Part shown: positions 1 through 8,687 of the stretch, in pieces
Position numbering within the stretch: the first letter of the stretch is position 1
How the letters are laid out: each line of letters begins with the position of its first letter
Assembly (NCBI GenBank): GCA_964187785.1
Contig: OZ076413.1
Coordinates: 50,160,001 to 50,224,000, forward strand
Source of the DNA: Amphiscolops sp. MND2022
Taxonomy: Eukaryota
Length of the DNA stretch: 64,000 bases
Direction of reading: 5' to 3'
Notes under the pieces: generated by a model
What the model was told of the DNA's origin: nothing
The model's input: the letters and a program-made list of their open reading frames with translations, nothing else
Database searches by the model: none
Translations under genes and position numbers: made by a program

Positions 1-524
1 ATGGAAAAAATAGACCCTTTGTAAAAATAATTCCTTCTGAGCCAATCTGATTGCCCATGACGAACTTGCGAATTTTGTATGAACGAATATTGGCAGCAAA
101 AATTGCAATGAGTATTACAACGAATCATCGAAACTTATGAAATATATACATTGATTTCGAAGAACTGAAAAACAAGAAGTATTTTAGTAGAAAAGCTCCG
201 TAATGATTGGTTTTGTGAAATTTCAGGAATTAGTGAGGGATATTTTTTTTCAAGTGGGAAAGCTTGTATGGAAGAAATCGTTTCCAGGGCGAAAGATAAA
301 ATCCAAAATGCATTATAATGTTGAAAACAGTGCAAAATATCTTGAAACTTTTGCCTAGATCTTGTATATTCGTACATATTTCCGTTTAATTCTGAAAGTT
401 TTGATAAGATCTTGATTATTCTTGCTTCACATAATTTTTTAAAAATGAGATTCTGGTAGAAGCTTAATCAATAATGTCAAGAAAATAAGTAGTTTGCAAA
501 ACAAACATTAACTTTGTTTACAAT

Positions 525-2154
525 TGTCGCAGGCTCCCGCCTGCGATGGGAACTTTTACACCATCAATTACAGCTGTTTTCGCGCCCTCCCAGGTACTCT
601 GCCAATAAACTAGAGGAAAGGACCATGTGTCCCATTGTCATGACGGGACAAAAACTTTAAACTGAATTTGTAATATTTTACGGCATGTCTATTATTCTAT
701 TTTCAGTTTTGACAGCCTTATATATAAAATCTTGCGCAAATTATTAATCGGAAATACCATTTGGTTAGTTGAAAACTACGAAGTTGATTTTGATACATTG
801 ATGCATGTAAACACTGTATATTTAATGTATTAGCTAAGAAATTGGACACCAAGGCGTACAAGAAAGGAAACGAGTTCAAATGTTTCCTCTCCTGTCTCGC
901 TGGACACGCAGTCCGTCCAAATTCTTAGCCAATCAGAACACGCCATTCATTTCATTCACTGTGCGCAGTATTCTAAATTAAAGGACTCTAAGGCCACGCG
1001 CCGTCAGCTAGTAGTAATTTGCCGCCTATTTACGGTAAATGGACACTGAGTCCTTATTAAAGTAAAGTGCAATTTACAGTGGTAAATAAGGGCTATGATT
1101 GGTGTTTCTAATAAATACTCGTTTTGATGAAGAGTACTGGACCATTTGTACCATTTGATGCTAGATATTAATAATTTACATGAATACTCAGATTAATGAG
1201 TTGGTACATGTAAGTTATGGTTGATCAAATGTAATTGCATGTAATGTTGCTTAACCTCATATACGAAAGGCCTTGAGGGATGCTTGGACCTACAATCCTT
1301 CTATATATGGAATTGTTGAAGGCGCTTGAATAAATCACCCCTTTGAAGTGACCCTTTCGTCATGCCGCCTTCATGGCTATAAATAGTAGGCGCTATTTTT
1401 AGATAACTGTGAAGGCTATTTTTAGAACGTGACCCTCATTATTTTGCAAGTCATGTAAATCTGAGTATATATACCGTGGACCCTAGGTCCCAAGGACTTT
1501 TTCAATTTCCTTGATACCGTAATACTCAAACTTGTTAAAATCGTTTCAACATACTCTGTTTGCAAGCCTGAGAACATAATTTAAATTCTTACCTCTTGCA
1601 ATAAACTCTTATGCCTTCCACAAGAAGACAGAAAGCGAAAGCTAGAAAATCCAAAGAGATGGACATGTTGTCCGATATGGATAATTTAGACGTGATGATA
1701 GGGAGTGAAAACCCTTTAGAAAGAGAGTTAGCAGATGTAATAGACCAATCTTCCATTAATGGTGACATAGAAATTGGTAGTCACTCAAGAAATGATCTTG
1801 GAAATTTCATTCAAGGAAATGAGCCTCATGGTCGAAACGACATAAGACAATCCTTTGAAACCTTTTCAAATGAATTTAATCTTAGGTTATCTCAAGAGAT
1901 GGATTCCATGATGGCCATGGTACATAGTCAGATAAATAGAGCAATCAGTACCGCTATATCAGAGAAGGTGTTACCGGAGATTCAGAATATTGTGAGTTCA
2001 ATGTCTTCCTCTGGGAACAGGGACACTGAGGCTAGCATGTCCCCTGGCAGTCAGGAAAATAGAGAAATTTCATCAGGCTTGAAAACAAAATTATTGAAAA
2101 AGGACTCACGGTCCGTTGGTGATTTGCGAGACACCACGGGACGTGGCTCTTACA
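525..2154 (+). repeat. 5' LTR (1,630 bp)
   Basis: Starts TGTCGCAGG and ends CTCTTACA. No differences from 14447-16076 in the segments compared by eye. TATA-like boxes at ~1378 (TATAAATA) and ~1467 (TATATATA). Confidence 0.96.
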
Positions 2155-3293
2155 TGGTGACAGGAGCTAACGAAGCCCAACAGCCTATACCTGAATTTCT
2201 CACTGGACGAATTCACTCAATCCCGAACCTAGAGAGACAGCAATCTAACCACAATGTCTCTTTGGACACCACTCTGCCAGCGCCAGAACCAGAGGTCACA
2301 GAGCCACCTCAGGACCCGCTCAATAGATTGGCTGATGTACTAGTCAATTTGCAAAACAAACCCCAAACGATGACTATCCGGCCTGTCCAAACAACCCCTA
2401 TGACGTTTGACGGAAAGAGTGAGAAATTCGAACTCTTTGAAGATTTGTTCCACACAATGATCAAAATGCAACCGGCCATGACAGAGCAAATGAAAATTAA
2501 CCATTTCCATTCACTGCTCAGGAAAGGAGCCTTGCAGACCTTCAGGAACATAAACTCAATTAACCGCCAAACACTCGAGGACGTGCTGATCATATTCCGG
2601 AGAAAATATGTCAAACCGGAATCCCAAGCAACGGCAAAACACAAATGGCATCGGTTGACTTTCGATCCGAATACCATGAAACTGCCGGATTTCTTAGAAG
2701 AACTGAACCAGGGGGCAGAAAAAGCTTTCGGTGAGAATGCAAAAAGCATGATTGACAGCTTATTGTATGCAAAACTGCCTCCAAAATTAAAACGATCTGT
2801 CAATATGGCCCGCCTGGAGAACGGGACATATGAGGAAATCGTCGCTCATCTTGAAAGAGAGCTTGAACTCAACGCATTAGAAGAGTCAGACGATTTGCCA
2901 ATCGCCACAATGGCCTCTGCGTCCACCAGTAACAACAATCTGCTCTCTAATGGCATAAATACTAATAAGGACGCACAATGCTCTTATTGTAAAGCCACAG
3001 GCCACTTTTATAAGAGCTGTCCCAAATTGAAAAAGAAGAAAGAATTGGAGGACAAAAATGGCAAAAAGCCCCAACGTCCCACATACCCAGAATGTCCTAC
3101 TTGCGGAAAGAAAAATCACCCCGTTGAAAGATGCTGGAAAGGGGCTGGAGCACATCTACGTCCCAAAAGAACAAGACCCGAAGATAAAGCCGATGAAAAC
3201 TCCGGCGATGAAAAGTTGTCTAAAAAATCAACTAACCCCGAAACTGCATCTTCGAGCCAATCAAACCCACGAAAAACGGACTCAAAAAACTAA
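1611..3293 (+). CDS. gag: Gag (560 aa); the first 181 codons lie inside the 5' LTR
   Basis: Capsid-like region (FDGKSEKFELFEDLF...) and two CX2CX4HX4C knuckles (CSYCKATGHFYKSC, CPTCGKKNHPVERC). The frame is open across the LTR end and PBS. Confidence 0.93.
   Translation: MPSTRRQKAKARKSKEMDMLSDMDNLDVMIGSENPLERELADVIDQSSINGDIEIGSHSRNDLGNFIQGNEPHGRNDIRQSFETFSNEFNLRLSQEMDSMMAMVHSQINRAISTAISEKVLPEIQNIVSSMSSSGNRDTEASMSPGSQENREISSGLKTKLLKKDSRSVGDLRDTTGRGSYMVTGANEAQQPIPEFLTGRIHSIPNLERQQSNHNVSLDTTLPAPEPEVTEPPQDPLNRLADVLVNLQNKPQTMTIRPVQTTPMTFDGKSEKFELFEDLFHTMIKMQPAMTEQMKINHFHSLLRKGALQTFRNINSINRQTLEDVLIIFRRKYVKPESQATAKHKWHRLTFDPNTMKLPDFLEELNQGAEKAFGENAKSMIDSLLYAKLPPKLKRSVNMARLENGTYEEIVAHLERELELNALEESDDLPIATMASASTSNNNLLSNGINTNKDAQCSYCKATGHFYKSCPKLKKKKELEDKNGKKPQRPTYPECPTCGKKNHPVERCWKGAGAHLRPKRTRPEDKADENSGDEKLSKKSTNPETASSSQSNPRKTDSKN
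2155..2166 (+). other. Primer-binding site, probably tRNA-Leu-like
   Basis: TGGTGACAGGAG directly abuts the 5' LTR. It is one mismatch from TGGTGTCAGGAG, the complement of the tRNA-Leu(CAG) 3' end as I recall it. tRNA identity is inference. Confidence 0.75.
3284..3290 (+). other. -1 ribosomal frameshift slippery heptamer A_AAA_AAC
   Basis: X_XXY_YYZ heptamer in the gag frame directly before the gag stop (3291-3293). The -1 frame is open from 3290 (LISPRLQICNK) into the pol ORF at 3323. Confidence 0.8.
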
Positions 3294-3322
3294 TTTCGCC
3301 ACGACTCCAAATATGTAACAAG

Positions 3323-6300
3323 ATGTCAGTACGACAGTACGTCATATCTGACCCTGCAAACATTACATATAAACAAACTCAAAACGACACCACAGGGATG
3401 CCATCGACTGTCTGGCAGCAGCAGATGGCCGACGCCCGCAGAGAAACTCAATATATCATCCATAGTGATCATCCATACTTATATCGACGGAACAGTAACC
3501 GCAACGACTTGGAAACTCACTTTCGCCCTTTAAAAACTGTCGAAGATTATAACCCTCAATACTATGACCCCGAGTATGGCAAAGACCCATACTGGGACGA
3601 AGAACTATATGACAAAACCAATTTACAATTTCGAAATGAAGATTACCCCCCAACTGACGACGAGGACGACCCAGACATTGAAGATAACACACTGTCTCGG
3701 GCCCTCATTGATCTTTGGCAGCCGAACTTTGAGGCAACTATACAAGAAGTAGACACCATACACACACAGGAGGACCACAAGGCTCCTAACAGTCTTTTAG
3801 ACGAGACAGTCTTCTTACACCTCCTAGTGACCAACGAAGGAGAATTACCATACGTTCCCCTTTCAACAAACCTTGGACTTAAATTCAAACGACGAATGCT
3901 CTATTTCCCAATGGACTTTGGGGAATTAACTCTAGATGGCCTGATAGACACTGGAGCTCACTCCAGTGCAATCCCGGAGGCAGACCTCAGGAAAATACGC
4001 CTATTGGCCCCTCAATCCATTGTAAAAGAAGGTCCTGCCCCATCTTTCCAAATAATGGTCGCAAATGGAGACTTAGAAACCCCAAAGAGCACAGTCGAAC
4101 TAAAATTCGAAGTGGGCGACATAGAATTTCACGAAATTTTCATTGTAATGGAAAAACTGTCAAGCCCCATAATTGGACTAATGTTCCTTCAAAGGAACCA
4201 CACTGTCCTGGATATGCGCCAAGGTATACTCAACTTCCCCTATTTTTCGATGCAACTCAAGACGGCTGACCATAAATACTCAAATGTTTTGGAACCCATC
4301 CTCAATCCGGAGGATGTCACAATTCCGCCCAATGACCATGTGGTCATACCCATTCAATCACAAATTTACGCAGAAAATGCAGTTACGGGCATATTGCAAC
4401 CCAGCGATCTTCTGCACGAAGAAGGCGACATAACCTTCTGCGCCGCCATAGTCACACTACACGAAGGGGCTATGAGAATACACGTTAACAATTTCACTGA
4501 TCAACCCTATAAAATAAAGAAAGGGATGCACATTGCAAACTTCTCAGTGATGACCCCTGAACAGATGAAACACGTCAGGCCAATAGACCCAGTGTCCACC
4601 TGGCACTTACTGAATGAAAATGAAGACGACGCTATTTATTATATAAGTAGCCTTCTTAAAGCTAACAGAAATAATGACCAATACGAACAATATTGGTTCC
4701 CGACGCCTGAAGACCCAGGGGACGAAACGACCCACACCCCAATACAACAAAGAATTCTCAAAGAATTACGAAATCTGCAAAGTTTAGAACAACTCAACCC
4801 GCACGACGATGCGGAATCTCGTCGAAAATTCCTCAGTAATTTTGATTGGAAGGATTCAATGTTACAACAACATGAAATCAGACAAATAGAAACTCTATTA
4901 GTGGAATTCCATGACATCTTTGCGCGCCATAGATTTGACATTGGTGTCAATGAGGAATTTACGGTCAAACTGACCCCAAAAGACGAATCACCTGCCTACA
5001 GTCAGAGCCTACCTACACCAGTCAACCTCAAAGAGGACATATTGGTCGAACTGGCGTTACTTCATAAATATGGTATTATAACGACATTACCATTCTCAAA
5101 GTATGCCAGTCCCATCTTCGCGCAGAAAAAGCCCAATGGGAAATTGAGACTGTTGGTTGATTTGAGGAAAATAAATAATCTCATCTCAGACGATTATATC
5201 AACAACAATCACCCAGTCAGTACCCTGACGGACGCGGCGCAACACATGGCAGGCAAAAAGCTCTTTTGCAAACTTGACTGTTCTCAAGCTTATCATTGCC
5301 TTCCTATGGCAGACCAGAAGTCGATTGAAATGCTAGCATTTAACTTCGCCAGCAGGACATTTGCATATAGAAGATTAGCCCAAGGACTCAGTAGAGCCCT
5401 GTCGGCCTTCTCCAGTTTCATGAGGGAATACTTGGATCGTGTCATAAAAGCAGACCAATGCGCTCAATATGTGGACGATATTGGTGTTGCGGCGACAGAC
5501 GCCGACCAGCTTATCGTCAACTTAAGAGCAACTTTCCAATGTATCCGAGAAGCAGGATTGAAATTGTCCATGCACAAGTGCCATTTCGGCGCTACTGAAA
5601 TTGACTTTCTTGGGAGAACCATTACACCTGAAGGCGTAAAACCCCAAAAAGAAAGAATCACTAACTTCTTGGAAAAGACGAAATTCCCAAAGTCCAAGAA
5701 GGCCTTACAACGCTACCTTGGTTTCCTCAATTACTACAGGAATTATATTCCAAGGCTATCCGAAAAACTAGTTCCTTTCTTCCAATTGCTCAAAAAGGAT
5801 GAAAAAGTACTAGTTACGCAAGAGCTAGTTGAGCAATTTAATGAGATCAACCGCGATTTAGACCGATGTAGTCAATTGGCGTTGAAACAACTTCTGCCGA
5901 ACAAACAACTGGTCCTTATGACTGACGCGAGTTTTACAGCAGCCGGTTACGCCATATTGACCGAAGACGACCCAAATCAGAAATACACTTCTGTTAAAAA
6001 GTCCTATGCGCCGATTGCATATGGATCCAAAACTTTCACGCCTTCTCAACTTAAAATGTCGATATATGCAAAGGAATTCCTAGCTATATATTACGCATTT
6101 AAGGAGTTTGGACATATCTTCTGGGGAACACCTCAACCCGTGATTATCCTCACAGATAACAAATCGGTCACGAGGTTCTTCCAGACAAAGATAATTCCAC
6201 CGCCTCTCTGGAATGCTTGTGATTTTGTCATTCAATTCAACTTCATCATAGCTCACATTCCAGGCAAGAACAATACAGCGGCAGACTACTTGTCCCGCAT

Positions 6301-8488
6301 GGAAATGGACCCTACCGAAAAGTTGGTCCTGAAAATACGAGAGGACGTAGAAACTAGACCAATCGAAGTCAATGTCCAATCGGCCGGCGTATCAGAAGAA
6401 GAGCAAATTTTCTTCACTGAGGAGGACAATGAAACAGAAGAACAGATTTGGAACCGGAAACAACAATCCAAAAAAGGTCTCATAGTCCCTGAGACAGTAA
6501 TCCAAATTGACGCTATATCAGAAAATACCGTCGAAGAGATTACTAATTTCACGCAGAAATTAAGAAGAACAAATCAGATACTGCTTGAGCAGTCCAGAGA
6601 CCCGATTCTCCTCCAATTGAAGGCGAAACTTCAAAAAGAAGAATACTCTGAAGAAATCCTTCAACAGGATATTCGGTACAAGTATTACTTGAACAACATA
6701 GACCGAATAGTCCTCAAAGACGAGATAGTGACACGGCAGTACTACAATGAAACCGGACAGGTCAAATATCATCAAATCTTATTGCCAAAGCATTTGCTCA
6801 AAGAATTATTACAAGCAATACATGGCACGGCACATCGACACCCGGGCATTTCTAAAATGCTACAAGAAATTCGCCAGAAATACTACTACCCCGGAATTGC
6901 TAAACACGTCAAAAAATGGGTAGAAGGCTGCGAAACATGTGCCAAGGACAAAAGAGTCCCCAACACGGTAATCACCCCAGAATTACTGAATTTACCTGAA
7001 TGGGACCTAGGCCCAGAAGATGCCATGCAAATCGATTTATTGCCAAACTTACCAACTAGCGGTGGATACCAAACGGTGATGACGGCAATAGATGTATTTT
7101 CAAGATATTTATTCGCCTACCCACTAATTGAGGCCACAGCCGCAAACGTAGCCAAGGTGATAATTGACATCATGACGAAACATTCGTATTTGCCAACAAC
7201 ACTCATCACGGACAAGGGATCCGCATTTACATCAAAAATTTTAGAAGAAATTACTGCAATACTGGGGATCACATTGAAGTGTGCCACTACTAAACATCCG
7301 CAAACTATTGGTAAACTCGAAAGGACACACGCCTCTTTAAAAACCAACCTAAAGATGGCCTCAGGGGAATACCGTCGTCAATGGCACAAATATTTACCAT
7401 TAGCTGTGCTTAACTATAACACTACTTATCACGCTAGTATTGGTTGTGAGCCTAGCAAAGTCTTTCATGGCCGCATTCCCTATAACGTCCTGGATCACAA
7501 ATTAGGGAATAATCCTAACAAAAATTTCCTACCGACGACTGAATTCGCGGAAGAATTACAGCAGAGGACGCAAATCCTCATTGATCAGACCAAAAAGAAC
7601 ATTATGCAGTCGTATTTAAAGTACAAAGAATACTACGACCGCAAGGCCAAAGCGGCTCCGCTACAAGAAAAGGACTATTGTTTTGTTCTTCAACCAAAAG
7701 CGGATAGTCAAGGCTCTAAAATACCATTCAGGGACTTCCGTTGGATTGGTCCTTTTGTCGTTCAAAAAACTCTACCAAATAACAATTACATAGTGCGTCG
7801 TTTAAATACGAATAAAACGCAGATTTTGCACCGGATCAGGCTCAAAAAATTTGTCCCAAATGCTCCGTTAGAGGACAAATACCAAGAAGAGAAATTACAG
7901 CCTGATGAAGAAATCGTGATACCGCAAGATGATTTGTATACCATTTCATGGGAAGCGGACTTTGAATACGAGCAATTCGAGCCGAAGAAAAATGCTTGGC
8001 CAGACACGGCCACGCGTCTGCCGCAAGACGCCACGAATGGTGGAGTCGACTATTACGTCACCGAGAATGAAAACAGCAGAGTAAATGAAAGTGAATGCAG
8101 CAGCGAGAGAATGAATGAAAATGACGTCAACGAGAATGAAATAAGGCCGAGACCGGCTAGCAGCCGTGACGCGTCGTCCCTTCCACATGAATCGACTACT
8201 GGGGCGGAAAATGCAAATGACGTCAACGAGAATGAAATAAGGCCGAGACCGGCTGGCAGCCGTGACGCGTCGTCCCCACTGAGCGAAACGCCACGTGGGA
8301 CGGCAAATCAAAATGACGTCACAAATGATTTAGAAAATGCGGAAATTGCTTCAAAAGGAGGCGTAGATATTACCGTGCCCGGAATATCGGAAAATGGAAA
8401 AGATGAAGAAACTTCTAGCCCTAGAGGAGGGAAATATAATCTTCGACCTAACCCAACCCCCAACTTTACTGACGAATACAGATATTAA
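3323..8488 (+). CDS. pol: Pol polyprotein (protease, RT, RNase H, integrase), intact
   Basis: PR LIDTGA; RT SPIFAQKKPNGKLRLLVDLR, LDCSQAYH, YVDD; RNase H TDAS, KEFLAI, TDNKS, ADYLSR; IN H-H-CETC, IDVFSRY, ITDKGSAF, LERTH; GPF module WIGPFVV. Confidence 0.97.
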   Translation: MSVRQYVISDPANITYKQTQNDTTGMPSTVWQQQMADARRETQYIIHSDHPYLYRRNSNRNDLETHFRPLKTVEDYNPQYYDPEYGKDPYWDEELYDKTNLQFRNEDYPPTDDEDDPDIEDNTLSRALIDLWQPNFEATIQEVDTIHTQEDHKAPNSLLDETVFLHLLVTNEGELPYVPLSTNLGLKFKRRMLYFPMDFGELTLDGLIDTGAHSSAIPEADLRKIRLLAPQSIVKEGPAPSFQIMVANGDLETPKSTVELKFEVGDIEFHEIFIVMEKLSSPIIGLMFLQRNHTVLDMRQGILNFPYFSMQLKTADHKYSNVLEPILNPEDVTIPPNDHVVIPIQSQIYAENAVTGILQPSDLLHEEGDITFCAAIVTLHEGAMRIHVNNFTDQPYKIKKGMHIANFSVMTPEQMKHVRPIDPVSTWHLLNENEDDAIYYISSLLKANRNNDQYEQYWFPTPEDPGDETTHTPIQQRILKELRNLQSLEQLNPHDDAESRRKFLSNFDWKDSMLQQHEIRQIETLLVEFHDIFARHRFDIGVNEEFTVKLTPKDESPAYSQSLPTPVNLKEDILVELALLHKYGIITTLPFSKYASPIFAQKKPNGKLRLLVDLRKINNLISDDYINNNHPVSTLTDAAQHMAGKKLFCKLDCSQAYHCLPMADQKSIEMLAFNFASRTFAYRRLAQGLSRALSAFSSFMREYLDRVIKADQCAQYVDDIGVAATDADQLIVNLRATFQCIREAGLKLSMHKCHFGATEIDFLGRTITPEGVKPQKERITNFLEKTKFPKSKKALQRYLGFLNYYRNYIPRLSEKLVPFFQLLKKDEKVLVTQELVEQFNEINRDLDRCSQLALKQLLPNKQLVLMTDASFTAAGYAILTEDDPNQKYTSVKKSYAPIAYGSKTFTPSQLKMSIYAKEFLAIYYAFKEFGHIFWGTPQPVIILTDNKSVTRFFQTKIIPPPLWNACDFVIQFNFIIAHIPGKNNTAADYLSRMEMDPTEKLVLKIREDVETRPIEVNVQSAGVSEEEQIFFTEEDNETEEQIWNRKQQSKKGLIVPETVIQIDAISENTVEEITNFTQKLRRTNQILLEQSRDPILLQLKAKLQKEEYSEEILQQDIRYKYYLNNIDRIVLKDEIVTRQYYNETGQVKYHQILLPKHLLKELLQAIHGTAHRHPGISKMLQEIRQKYYYPGIAKHVKKWVEGCETCAKDKRVPNTVITPELLNLPEWDLGPEDAMQIDLLPNLPTSGGYQTVMTAIDVFSRYLFAYPLIEATAANVAKVIIDIMTKHSYLPTTLITDKGSAFTSKILEEITAILGITLKCATTKHPQTIGKLERTHASLKTNLKMASGEYRRQWHKYLPLAVLNYNTTYHASIGCEPSKVFHGRIPYNVLDHKLGNNPNKNFLPTTEFAEELQQRTQILIDQTKKNIMQSYLKYKEYYDRKAKAAPLQEKDYCFVLQPKADSQGSKIPFRDFRWIGPFVVQKTLPNNNYIVRRLNTNKTQILHRIRLKKFVPNAPLEDKYQEEKLQPDEEIVIPQDDLYTISWEADFEYEQFEPKKNAWPDTATRLPQDATNGGVDYYVTENENSRVNESECSSERMNENDVNENEIRPRPASSRDASSLPHESTTGAENANDVNENEIRPRPAGSRDASSPLSETPRGTANQNDVTNDLENAEIASKGGVDITVPGISENGKDEETSSPRGGKYNLRPNPTPNFTDEYRY

Positions 8489-8687
8489 CTAGATATGTAA
8501 ATTAACGTTCAGACAGCCTTTTAGACTACTTGATCTTCTTACTATTTTTTTCACCGGACTTCCCAACTGAAACAAATGAAAACAAAAATCAAGAAATACT
8601 ACAAATAAACTCAAGAAATTTCAACAAATGAGATAATATGATAAATACAAGTTGACAGGATATGAAACAAATGTACTCTATGTACAT

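Noticed and set aside
135..377. 80-aa minus-strand ORF
   Set aside because: No recognisable motif; AT-rich; possibly a decayed repeat.
2309..8311. Short antisense and alternate-frame ORFs overlapping gag/pol
   Set aside because: Expected shadow ORFs of long coding regions, with no independent motifs.
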